Positions 55,780-64,000 of a DNA stretch of 64,000 bases are shown in pieces. The notes under the pieces were generated by a model, which saw only the letters and a list, made by a program, of their open reading frames with translations, did no database searches and was not told where the DNA came from. The number at the start of each line of letters is the position of its first letter. The first letter of the stretch is position 1. The stretch is from a virus. The translations under genes were made by a program, and so were the position numbers. Location: positions 32,001 through 96,000 of IMG/VR virus record IMGVR_UViG_3300010399_000002. The stretch is one strand, 5' to 3'.

Positions 55780-56412
55780 TTAGACTAAAACAATCTCTTC
55801 CTTGACCAGTGCTTCTTTCAAATTACAACTCGGCCAAAAAGTAAGTGCTGAACCTTCTGTGGCGTTTATTACCTCTACGCCTCGATCACGTAACGGCCCT
55901 ACCAGACTTTTGAACTTCGGCAGGAAAGTACTCGACAAAACAGCTTGATATGACTTGGCTGGTTTTCCGTGTCCTTCATGCCAATGAGTAGATTGTCCTG
56001 AAACACGCATGTCGTAGCCTAACAAAATAATTCGCTTGGCTCCGAAGTGCGCTGCAAGATGAATAGCCTGATAGCCGCTGTTGGAACCCGTTCGCAATGC
56101 TCCTGGATCTGGATCGAAGCCTGGAACACCTGTGATGCGAAGTTGCTTGACGAACTCCGGCACTCGACGAGCTACTGTAACGATGTACCTACCTCGAAAA
56201 GTCTCCGTTATGTCTCCGCACTTCTTTCGCCACCATGACTCGTCTGCAAAGTACAACACATCGGCGTATGGACACAAACGGTAACTGTCGTTTATCACTA
56301 TCACACGACAACCCTGCAAGCAACTCGCATCGAAACCGCGTAGCGATGGTCCACCTGCTAGAATCACACAGGTCTCACCGAACCATTCTGGAGGCACAAC
56401 CCAATAGGACAT
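55780..56412 (-). CDS. DUF115/Maf-like transferase, paralog 2
   Basis: ILAGGPSL..VIND..ADVLYFAD..NSGYQAI.LA..GAKRIILLGYDM; same MSYWVVPPEW start as paralog 1. Confidence 0.75.
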   Translation of the reverse strand: MSYWVVPPEWFGETCVILAGGPSLRGFDASCLQGCRVIVINDSYRLCPYADVLYFADESWWRKKCGDITETFRGRYIVTVARRVPEFVKQLRITGVPGFDPDPGALRTGSNSGYQAIHLAAHFGAKRIILLGYDMRVSGQSTHWHEGHGKPAKSYQAVLSSTFLPKFKSLVGPLRDRGVEVINATEGSALTFWPSCNLKEALVKEEIVLV

Positions 56413-56807
56413 TATCTTCGCATCATGACTCGGAACTCACAAGTCAGATTCGGCCGCTGCTTAACATCATACCAACCGATGGGTGCATCGTTAGTTGCCA
56501 TCGTGTAGATGTAAGCCCTTCCACCTAAAGTAAATGAAGCGTTGTGTAATGCTGTCCAACACTCTTGCCACTTTTCGCGTGCAATCTCGTACTCAAGTGC
56601 GCTGGCCCTGATACGCACCTGGAATTGCATCTGCGCATTGTTTGGTCCGTAAGTATCTGGAGCTGGGCCTAAGAACGGAGTCTCGTTAATTACAATTACC
56701 TGATCTGGTGTATCTGGAACTCGCGCTTTGTACAAAAGCCAACCGGTCTCCACTAAACCTGGAATCCCCAACAGGAAGGCTTCGATGTCGTTGAGTGGCT
56801 GCCCCAT
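56412..56807 (-). CDS. Tail terminator / minor tail-completion protein
   Basis: PD.PD.VI.I..FQVRIR..G.D...RP...C.F; follows the gp10-like gene. Confidence 0.75.
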   Translation of the reverse strand: MGQPLNDIEAFLLGIPGLVETGWLLYKARVPDTPDQVIVINETPFLGPAPDTYGPNNAQMQFQVRIRASALEYEIAREKWQECWTALHNASFTLGGRAYIYTMATNDAPIGWYDVKQRPNLTCEFRVMMRR

Positions 56808-56810
56808 AAC

Positions 56811-57206
56811 TTATTTACTGCGGTTTGCTCTGTTCACTGCTGCCACGATACGACGAGGAATGTTTGAAATAGCCTTAGCCAGCGGCTTAGACAAATACTT
56901 CGCTTGGCCAACTGGATGATGTGCGTTGAGGTTCTCGTGGACGATGATGGCGTAACTTACACTCGGACCGCCGTACGTTAGATCGACTTTGAAATTGGTA
57001 GGAGTGTTCTCTTTCACTGCGACTTGTCCTGTAGATCTCAAAGCGCCGGTATCCACTGGAACAAAGTCTTCTTTGGAACTTGCCATTACCTCTTCTGCGA
57101 TTTGATACAACTCGCGACGTGCTACCTGACTTGACAGATCTGCTGCGGACATGACCTTTCGCAGAACACGATCTACATTTTTCAAACTTGCGCCGGCCTT
57201 AGCCAT
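56811..57206 (-). CDS. HK97 gp10-like neck / tail-completion protein
   Basis: VPVDTGALRST..YA..VHE..GQAKYL..P. Confidence 0.85.
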   Translation of the reverse strand: MAKAGASLKNVDRVLRKVMSAADLSSQVARRELYQIAEEVMASSKEDFVPVDTGALRSTGQVAVKENTPTNFKVDLTYGGPSVSYAIIVHENLNAHHPVGQAKYLSKPLAKAISNIPRRIVAAVNRANRSK

Positions 57207-57228
57207 TGTAGCACTCGTTTGGCCCTAT

Positions 57229-57309
57229 CTGGGACCTGTCGGGCACTCATCTTGGTTATTGGATGGTAGTTGGAGATGGTTTTCGTTACTGTAACCGCTG
57301 GAGAGGCTG
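57229..57309. repeat. Dispersed conserved element, copy 6 of 6
   Basis: ctgggacCTGTCGGGCACT-N15-ATGGTAGTTGGagatGGTTTT..cgctggagaggctg; abuts the stop of 57310..57642. Confidence 0.88.
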
Positions 57310-57642
57310 CTACGCTGCTCCTAAATACACTTTTACATGGTGGTCTCCGCTCTGATCCGTCGGACGCTCCCAGTTGACTATGATTCCTAATGATTCTCCG
57401 TTCTGACTGAACTTATCGTCGAGATCAACAATAGTTGGCAAACCTAGAACCCAGATGACTGTACTAGCAAACGTGTCTGTACCTGGTTGACGAGCATTGG
57501 CTACGCGCACAGTCTTCTTAACTACGCGACAACGATACGATACGATCTCATCGTAAATAGGCTTCGTGTACTGATCTCGATCCAGAACCTTCTGGTAATC
57601 GACAGTGGCAGGACACAGAACCAACCAATCACTGGCAGCCAT
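57310..57642 (-). CDS. Head closure (stopper) protein
   Basis: Size and position; D.Y.KP.Y..CRV..H.KVYL. Confidence 0.65.
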   Translation of the reverse strand: MAASDWLVLCPATVDYQKVLDRDQYTKPIYDEIVSYRCRVVKKTVRVANARQPGTDTFASTVIWVLGLPTIVDLDDKFSQNGESLGIIVNWERPTDQSGDHHVKVYLGAA

Positions 57643-57645
57643 ATT

Positions 57646-58068
57646 CTACTCGCCTTGATTGTTGTGCATTCCAACAGTGAACGCGGGCTTGACCCGGTCG
57701 GTATCTGTCTCGTCAATCTCTTTATCCGACCTGCGAATGCCCCCTGCATAAGGAGTGGCTAGACCGAGCCCGCCTTTGGTGGTAGCCTGCATCCTTAGCT
57801 TGACCGCTAAATCGGTGTAAGCCTTTTGGCGCTGACTGTAACTTATACTCAAATCACCAATGGACTGATCTACTAGCCGCCCATACTTCGCTGCAAGCTG
57901 TTGGGCCCCTTGAGCCGCGGCATAGTAGACTGAACTTGAGTTCTCAGATAGCAACCAAGCTATCTCCGCATCGAGCAACTGCTTGTCCTTTGAATCTGTA
58001 TCGCCCAACAGAAAACGAACAGAGTCTGTTGGACTCGCTGCGGGATTACCGGAATAGGTCCAAGACAT
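57646..58068 (-). CDS. Head-tail adaptor protein
   Basis: MSWTYSG.P..D.VRFL.GDT..L.D.EI..IGDLSISY. Confidence 0.75.
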   Translation of the reverse strand: MSWTYSGNPAASPTDSVRFLLGDTDSKDKQLLDAEIAWLLSENSSSVYYAAAQGAQQLAAKYGRLVDQSIGDLSISYSQRQKAYTDLAVKLRMQATTKGGLGLATPYAGGIRRSDKEIDETDTDRVKPAFTVGMHNNQGE

Positions 58069-58075
58069 GATGGCC

Positions 58076-58627
58076 TCAAACTGGTCGAATAGCAAATTCT
58101 AGTATGCGTGGATCTTCCATACCGGACACAGTTACTACAAGCAGACTAACTGAATACACTTGGCTAGAAGTGCCGCCAGAAACTGTAACTGAAACTGTAA
58201 CACCGAAAAAAGACTCTGTGACCTTGGTTAGTCCGGATGGAAACGTCCATGTAGCACTGACTATTGGATCGACCATCCAAAGATACGCACCGCCTGCAAC
58301 GAAAGCGCCGTTACCTGCAATCGGACTGGATAGTGCTGCGTCTGCGTATAGTTCGTACGTGGTAGGACTCACGTACTTAACATATCTGAATCCGTTGGGT
58401 GACGTGTTACCCAACGACCCGGCAATGAACACCGGAGTACCGTTTGGTAAAGACGTCGGAAAGCCCTGCTTGATTGTAACAACCACTGGACTGGCATTGG
58501 AAGCGGCTGTTATGAGAACCTTTTCTCGGCCTTGAATACGAAGGAACTCAGAATAGTCGATCGTGTACGTTTTTCTGGCCCCTGCGGCCTTTTCGATGGT
58601 CGTGATGGAATCCAACAGAATAGACAT
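58076..58627 (-). CDS. Fibre-adaptor-like virion protein with inserted FCCH-like domain
   Basis: K...Y.IDY..FL [ITAASNASPVVVT..G..V.I.G..G.T..NG..TYEL] IVSATW..VSGG..Y.V..T..G..R. Confidence 0.6.
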   Translation of the reverse strand: MSILLDSITTIEKAAGARKTYTIDYSEFLRIQGREKVLITAASNASPVVVTIKQGFPTSLPNGTPVFIAGSLGNTSPNGFRYVKYVSPTTYELYADAALSSPIAGNGAFVAGGAYLWMVDPIVSATWTFPSGLTKVTESFFGVTVSVTVSGGTSSQVYSVSLLVVTVSGMEDPRILEFAIRPV

Positions 58628-58632
58628 AAGCG

Positions 58633-58851
58633 CTATGCCTTAAACTCGCGATCCTCGAATGGAACCTGTATGTTGATTGGTTCCTCTACGACAACATCAA
58701 ATATACGATCCTCAAATTGGGACACTAGTACACGATCCTCGAACGCTGCTAGCAACACCCGATCCTCAAATGGAACTTGCAGTATAGCATCGGGAACTAT
58801 TATGCCCCATTCTTGAGTGTAGGCAAAAATTCTTAGTGCTGCACCCGGCAT
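58633..58851 (-). CDS. Small protein with four FEDR repeats
   Basis: VPFEDR / AAFEDR / SQFEDR / VPFEDR. Confidence 0.65.
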   Translation of the reverse strand: MPGAALRIFAYTQEWGIIVPDAILQVPFEDRVLLAAFEDRVLVSQFEDRIFDVVVEEPINIQVPFEDREFKA

Positions 58852-60174
58852 CTAGTTCCACTTGTCTAATTTTTTACGTTTGTTGAAACCGCCACCGGCT
58901 GCAACAGCTGTACTGCCTAGCGACCCGATCCACATGAAGGTAATCGATCCACTGGTGTTTGGTGTTACAACCTTATAATTGATCTCATCTGTGCCCGAAG
59001 TGATCGTGTCCGTGTGGACTGAATCGTTCTTTAATCCCGTCTGGGCTGCGGCGTAGCTAAAAGTCTGGGTACCGTCCGCTGTGTTGTCGCGAAATGTCAC
59101 AACGGTGTCACTGGTCGCGATGGTATTGGCGGAAACGTAGGCCCCAAATTCTTTCGCCGTAAACGTGAATCGTGGCAGATACTGGGCGTTTATCTCGGTG
59201 GCGTTCTGGCTGGAAAATAGGTCGCCGCTTGGAGCATAATACCTAGTTGTGTTGAAGGATTGCGCTGTACCTGGCTGCGCATCGCTGGACTCAAGAAAAA
59301 AGGTTGAGTTAGTAGCGACAAGAGAACTAGACACGATCCGGGCGGTGATAGTGCCCGTCCCGGTGAGGGTGCGGATGAAGTAGTTATAATCGTCCCCCGC
59401 CGCCAGGGTGTCGGTATGGGTCGTGTCCTCCTTTGTGCCCGTCTGGGTGGACGTGTAGGTCACGAGCTGCGCCCCGTCCGCTCCGTTCTTGCGCGTTCCG
59501 AAAACGGTGTCAGTGGTGCGGGCGTTGGCCGATACCACCACGTTGAAATCTTGAGCTACGACGGCTGCTCTTATACGGTATTTCGTGTTTGCTTCTGTCG
59601 TAGTTACTGCTTGGCCTCCGTTCGGCGCAATGAATGTCGTAGTACTGGCTGTCGAAAAAGATAAGTTCGCACCGGCAAAAAATGTCACACAGTCTGTCGT
59701 GGTGGTCGGCGTGAACTGCGCCCCGATCTCTTTAATGATGATGTTGGTGGAGCCTGCACTGGAGCCTGTGACGATCTGCCAATCGGCCTCGTCGGTGTTG
59801 GCATAGGAGACGGAATTGGCGGTGTCTTCCTTGATCCCGGTTTGGGTCGAGGTATAGCTCACCGTCAGGGCGGTGGCTGCGCGGCTCTTGCGGAGCGTGA
59901 TGGTGGTTGTCGCTGCGACCGTGTTGGTCGGGACATAGACGTACATTTTGCTGAACGTCCCAGCGTCCCGCACCGGCTGTTCCATATTGGCTTCGGTCGT
60001 ATTCTGAACCAGCGCCCCGGTCAGTGGCGTATAGGTAGTGACCGGCTCCAACACCGTCACGGAACCGGCAGCCACCGCTAGAGACACGTCTGCCCAAGAG
60101 AGGGCAGCGTAAAGTAGCCCGACACCGAGAATATAGAAACAGCGATTCATTATGTTAGTACCACGATGATACAA
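58852..60174 (-). CDS. Thr-rich three-domain repeat protein with signal-peptide-like N-terminus (putative fibre/decoration)
   Basis: Three copies of V..N..T..T..RKN.A..Y...QTG.K.D..D; leader MNRCFYILGVGLLYAALSWA. Confidence 0.65.
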   Translation of the reverse strand: MYHRGTNIMNRCFYILGVGLLYAALSWADVSLAVAAGSVTVLEPVTTYTPLTGALVQNTTEANMEQPVRDAGTFSKMYVYVPTNTVAATTTITLRKSRAATALTVSYTSTQTGIKEDTANSVSYANTDEADWQIVTGSSAGSTNIIIKEIGAQFTPTTTTDCVTFFAGANLSFSTASTTTFIAPNGGQAVTTTEANTKYRIRAAVVAQDFNVVVSANARTTDTVFGTRKNGADGAQLVTYTSTQTGTKEDTTHTDTLAAGDDYNYFIRTLTGTGTITARIVSSSLVATNSTFFLESSDAQPGTAQSFNTTRYYAPSGDLFSSQNATEINAQYLPRFTFTAKEFGAYVSANTIATSDTVVTFRDNTADGTQTFSYAAAQTGLKNDSVHTDTITSGTDEINYKVVTPNTSGSITFMWIGSLGSTAVAAGGGFNKRKKLDKWN

Positions 60175-60189
60175 GAACCTGTGTGACCA

Positions 60190-60666
60190 TCAGTTCACAA
60201 CCACCTTGCCTACACCAAAATTTGTATCGCAGTACGTGCGGACCTGGTTCTTCTGAGCTGTGGTCAGCGTAACCCCCACCACGCTGATCTCCAGCACGCG
60301 GCTCTCACCACTGCCAGTGAATTGCCACGAAAAGACAATCCCTGGCTTGAACTCCACAGTTCCGCTTGGACCTAACTGGGTCAAACCGAAAGAGCCTGTC
60401 TCCTTCAGCAGTTTTTCCACTAGGTTCTTCCGCTTGCCCTCGCTATTGGTGTTTGCTTGGATCACTCCATAAAGTGCATTGTCTGCCACGGCTGCGTGAG
60501 CGGGACACTTGGATACTGGTACGCCGCTCCAGGTCTGCGCTACATCGTCATGGGTCTCGATGATGATGCACGCACACGTATCTGGACGCCAGCGGTATGT
60601 CCGAACGGCGGCGAAGAGAGTGAGTGAGAAAGCTAGAGCTAAGAAAAATCGTCTGGTTATTTGCAT
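60190..60666 (-). CDS. Hypothetical protein with signal-peptide-like N-terminus
   Basis: MQITRRFFLALAFSLTLFA. Confidence 0.6.
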   Translation of the reverse strand: MQITRRFFLALAFSLTLFAAVRTYRWRPDTCACIIIETHDDVAQTWSGVPVSKCPAHAAVADNALYGVIQANTNSEGKRKNLVEKLLKETGSFGLTQLGPSGTVEFKPGIVFSWQFTGSGESRVLEISVVGVTLTTAQKNQVRTYCDTNFGVGKVVVN

Positions 60667-60672
60667 AATTCC

Positions 60673-62028
60673 TTAAAGTCCTGTTGTCTCGATCCACTGA
60701 TAGTTAATGTCGCAACTCCCACCCGTGAGAGTTACGCTGTTCAAATTGATTGCAAGCTGTTGAGCTGTACCGCGTAAAGTCACGGACTGACCCATAGCTG
60801 GACGCCAGATATAAATGTCGTTCGGAGTAGCAGTTCCGGCCGCCATAACTCCGATCTTGTGGGCATCGATGTTTCGGACTGTACCGTCATTTATGGTAGG
60901 ATTGGCTGTGTAAGCCAAAACAGAACTCACTGCGGCAGCGTTGTTTGTATCCAACGGCCGTCCTGTAATTGTAGTAGACGTTCCGCCGGAATCTGCAGTA
61001 GTACGCATCAGCAGCAGAATATCTATAATGCCTGCGGTAGTAGCCGTACAACTCATCGACACCCACGTGACGATGACTGTATTCGTAGCGTTGCCTGAAA
61101 GAACCGCGATGTCGGTTGGAGTAGCGGCTGGAGCTAATCCTTGCTTACTAGCTGCGTACGTTGTAATGTTCAATGGGAACTGTCCGGCATACAACGTACG
61201 ATACAGATCTGTAGCCAACGGAGTATTTTTCCCGGCTAGTCCTGCTGCGGGCACTTGAGCCTGCATCACTGCATCCGTAACAGCCCCTCCAACAGGAACA
61301 ATCACCGGTCTGAACGATACAATAGCCGCGGCCCATGGTTCGGAAGTGATTGTAGCTGTAGCTGTAACCGAATCAAGATCTCCTAAAAAACGCGACGCAG
61401 CTGCGAAAGAAAATAAACCAGACGGAGTAGTTGGATTCTGTTGCCCGGAGTCATTGGTGAAACTAGCACCAACGGTAATCGTCTGCGCTGCTGTACCTAC
61501 ACCAAACACTGCAAAGGCATACTCACCTGGAGCTATGGGTGCAATTGCACCGGTAGATAGAGCCGTACCGGTACCCGTACCAGAATTTGTTTGACTTGAA
61601 ATCTCTGAACTGAATCTAACTGTGCCTGCAATCTCGTAGATCTGAATTGCGATGGATGTAGCTGAACCGCCGTTGTTGCAAGTAACCGTATTAGCTCCGG
61701 CAGTAGTGGGCGTGGTCGAAAAGATAGCCACATTGAATGCACTGCCGTTGGCAACTTGAACGGCAGAAGTGTACGTGTTACTGCGAGTGTCTGAAATGGT
61801 AGGTGCAGTTCCGTTGCCGACGCCGCACGCAACGATGATAGTATTACCCGCCCCGTTGTTACTGGTAAAAGCCTTGGCTAGACTGGCGACGTTACCGGAA
61901 CTCTTGTCCGCGGCTTTTTGGATGATTCGAACGGTATCCCAACGATTCACTCTTACCGGTGGAGCATCTTGAGCAGACAGGCCCATTGCAAACAAAACTG
62001 CTACTAAAACCTTGTATGTCGTGTTCAT
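60673..62028 (-). CDS. Ala/Thr/Gly-rich fibre-like protein with signal-peptide-like N-terminus
   Basis: MNTTYKVLVAVLFAMGLSAQ; beta-sandwich-like low-complexity body. Confidence 0.65.
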   Translation of the reverse strand: MNTTYKVLVAVLFAMGLSAQDAPPVRVNRWDTVRIIQKAADKSSGNVASLAKAFTSNNGAGNTIIVACGVGNGTAPTISDTRSNTYTSAVQVANGSAFNVAIFSTTPTTAGANTVTCNNGGSATSIAIQIYEIAGTVRFSSEISSQTNSGTGTGTALSTGAIAPIAPGEYAFAVFGVGTAAQTITVGASFTNDSGQQNPTTPSGLFSFAAASRFLGDLDSVTATATITSEPWAAAIVSFRPVIVPVGGAVTDAVMQAQVPAAGLAGKNTPLATDLYRTLYAGQFPLNITTYAASKQGLAPAATPTDIAVLSGNATNTVIVTWVSMSCTATTAGIIDILLLMRTTADSGGTSTTITGRPLDTNNAAAVSSVLAYTANPTINDGTVRNIDAHKIGVMAAGTATPNDIYIWRPAMGQSVTLRGTAQQLAINLNSVTLTGGSCDINYQWIETTGL

Positions 62029-62069
62029 AATGGGCCTATTGACTTTGATTCTACCACTGAAGCCTCGAA

Positions 62070-62990
62070 CTAATTGGCTGCGGTGTTGAAGACTGCATGT
62101 GCATCTGCTGCGTTCTCCTGATCCAAGTTGACGATCTCAACACGAAAGCCATCAACCCCACCCGAAGACGTTACAGCTGCAAAATCTCGATGAGGTGGCT
62201 TAAACAGCCATGGTTGAGCGGCTTGTCCGCCACCGACACCGATTGCTTCCGAACTCTCAACACCGTTGGCGATAAGAAATACTCGAGCACGATAAGTAGT
62301 CGAACACCAAACTGTCACTTGCCAGAGCTTCTGAGTCCCTAGATCCGCGGTATCGAGATTCGCCTCGGCGCCGGCTGCTAGGGCTGACGACACAACGTAA
62401 TCTGAAACTGGTGTAGTAGGCGTATCCGAACCGCCACCAGTAATAACGTCAACCTGAAGCCGCCCGGTGTTGGCCGTACGAACACGGTCCCAGGTAGTTC
62501 CGTTGTAGCCCATCATGAATCCGCCGACTCCGGGAACAGTGGGATTGGCTGTAGCATCGGCGAGTACTGCGGCGGCAGGCAACTCGGTGTCCGCTGTAAT
62601 GGAACCGGATGTAACAGTCACATCGTTATTGGCTCCTAGATTAACAAGCAAACCGTCAACGGCTGTACCTGGAGCGCGGTCCCATGTGGCGCTATCCCAA
62701 ACCATCAGAAATGCGCCTACTGCTGGACAAGTTGGATTGGCAAAGTTGTCCGTCAAAGCTGCGGCGGCAGGCAACTCGGTATCGACAGTAACAGTGCCGG
62801 TAATCGTTACGTCATTGTTGGCTCCGAGATTGACGAGTGCTCCATCTGCTGTATTACCCGGAGCTCGATCCCAATTTGTGCCGTCAAACAGGAACGGAAA
62901 ATTTCCGACGATCTGGACGTCGTTGGCTGGAGCGGGTAGATTGTCTCCACCGAGTGAAGCTCCCCAAATGTAAGATCTCAAATCCGCCAT
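62070..62990 (-). CDS. Repeat-containing fibre/decoration protein
   Basis: DG..WDR..G..DG..VNLGANNDVT..DTELPAAA.L.D..ANPT repeated about 2.5 times. Confidence 0.7.
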   Translation of the reverse strand: MADLRSYIWGASLGGDNLPAPANDVQIVGNFPFLFDGTNWDRAPGNTADGALVNLGANNDVTITGTVTVDTELPAAAALTDNFANPTCPAVGAFLMVWDSATWDRAPGTAVDGLLVNLGANNDVTVTSGSITADTELPAAAVLADATANPTVPGVGGFMMGYNGTTWDRVRTANTGRLQVDVITGGGSDTPTTPVSDYVVSSALAAGAEANLDTADLGTQKLWQVTVWCSTTYRARVFLIANGVESSEAIGVGGGQAAQPWLFKPPHRDFAAVTSSGGVDGFRVEIVNLDQENAADAHAVFNTAAN

Positions 62991-62992
62991 TG

Positions 62993-63494
62993 TTAGGTCT
63001 CCTTGGACATACCTGCTGTCCTAATCTTCTGGTCTAGCACAATAATCTGCCCCTCGGTTTGTTCAATACGTTCCTTCTCCGCAGCAATCTTATCGTGCAG
63101 TTCTTCGACGTGTAACTTTGCCTGCTCCACCGCAACCTCGTACTGCATACGTTGGATCTGCATCCGTCGCAACTCCAACTGACGTGAACGTTCCATCCCA
63201 TTTGACTCAGCCATCTTTCTTCTCCGCCACCTCAACCGGCTGACTTGCTACCATCTCCCCTGTTTGTGGATTGATATTGTATCTGCCTGACAGTCCATAC
63301 TTCGACAACGTCTTGATGATCCAAGACTGGTAAGCTTCTTGAACCATAAGCAGATTGTGTGAAGCGGCCTGCATAGCTGCTGAACGCAAACGGAACTCAA
63401 CCAGATCTCCGGGACCCATCTTCGGATGAACAACCGGAGCAGGAACCGAAATTGGAGTTGCCTTAGACTTCTTTGCCTTGATCTTATGTCTCAC
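62993..63494 (-). CDS. Two small coiled-coil/helical proteins (62993-63214, 63207-63494)
   Basis: Heptad pattern; located among fibre genes. Confidence 0.5.
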
Positions 63495-63976
63495 GAATCA
63501 ACCTCATCCCACCATATGGTGGCATATACGTTAGCCGGATTCTCCGGATCGAGATTTGTTACCGTTACACGGAAGTTCTCATCTACGCCGTTACCAACCA
63601 ACTTACAGAAGTTCTTATCTGGTGGTCTGAAATAGTCGTTGGGATCTTTACTTAGGCCTCCCGTAAACCTCGTACCAAACTCCAACTCAATGGCTCCGTC
63701 CCGTGACTTGAAAACCCACTTACAAGCAACTGAAGATGAAAAGTCTGCGCCGATCAACTTTCCTGTCTTGCTAGCAGCGATGGTTGTACCGTCTAAATCG
63801 ACTGAGCTTCCAGCTGCAAGATTGTCTGAAGATAGAACATCTCGTACCGGATACGCCGCGACTAATGGTGTAAAACGTTCACGGTGTCTTTCCTGACCGT
63901 CATACAGAACAACTTCTGTATCGGTCTGTTTACCCGAACCTTCCGGGCTGGGCATTCCGATGAAGCCGTCGGCCAT
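63491..63976 (-). CDS. Virion accessory protein sharing a C-terminal domain with 62070..62990
   Basis: LAAG..LD..KL..F.PP..F..GVD..FRV..NLD.EN.A. Confidence 0.65.
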   Translation of the reverse strand: MADGFIGMPSPEGSGKQTDTEVVLYDGQERHRERFTPLVAAYPVRDVLSSDNLAAGSSVDLDGTTIAASKTGKLIGADFSSSVACKWVFKSRDGAIELEFGTRFTGGLSKDPNDYFRPPDKNFCKLVGNGVDENFRVTVTNLDPENPANVYATIWWDEVDS

Positions 63977-64000
63977 AGCATCCTTTACGCGTACGCTGGC

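Noticed and set aside
55153-56412. DUF115 pair as MptE pterin pyrophosphokinases linked to folE
   Set aside because: The fold is shared with Maf/sialyltransferase-like GTs, and the GT/methyltransferase context favours glycosyl transfer.
2082-57309. Dispersed element as a CRISPR array or integron attC sites
   Set aside because: Copies are kilobases apart with no spacers or cas genes. There is no RYYYAAC/GTTRRRY pair, no consistent hairpin across copies and no integrase.
1-64000. tRNA/rRNA genes, inteins, and the remaining short plus-strand or nested ORFs
   Set aside because: No cloverleaf or intein motifs were seen by eye, and PolA, DnaB and RecA have ordinary lengths. The short ORFs overlap well-supported minus-strand genes. 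tRNAscan and Infernal were not run.

Overview
This is a 64-kb internal fragment of a large tailed dsDNA phage, probably a long-tailed siphovirus (1675-aa tape measure, lambda-like tail tube, no sheath gene). Every credible gene is on the minus strand except one HNH endonuclease. In transcription order (right to left) the modules are: (1) head-fibre/decoration and head-tail joining genes (64-56.4 kb); (2) a ~9-kb block of 7 glycosyltransferase-like genes, 3 methyltransferases and a radical SAM enzyme between the tail terminator and tail tube genes (56.4-47.5 kb); (3) the tail module (46.7-36.7 kb); (4) an SF2 helicase and small accessory genes, including a Crp-type HTH protein and a Nampt+Prs pair resembling NARP1 NAD+ reconstitution (36.5-23.5 kb); (5) replication and DNA modification genes: DnaB, primase, 5'-3' exonuclease, sigma-like factor, TGT/DpdA-like + FolE + MazG + QueD-like, beta clamp, UDG-fused PolA, UvsY-like, SSB, RecA, GT-A protein, DnaX and a fused SbcD-SbcC that runs off the left edge. 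The strongest unexplained signals are: six dispersed copies of an ~85-bp multi-box element with an invariant 15-bp spacer; five ORFs joining ~17-aa basic helical repeat arrays to a Vsr/DUF559-like domain, one of which inserted into the exonuclease start and left a synonymously recoded duplicate; the glycosylation/methylation block in the virion operon; and an incomplete deazaguanine-type pathway. All assignments come from motif recognition by eye. No database search was run.
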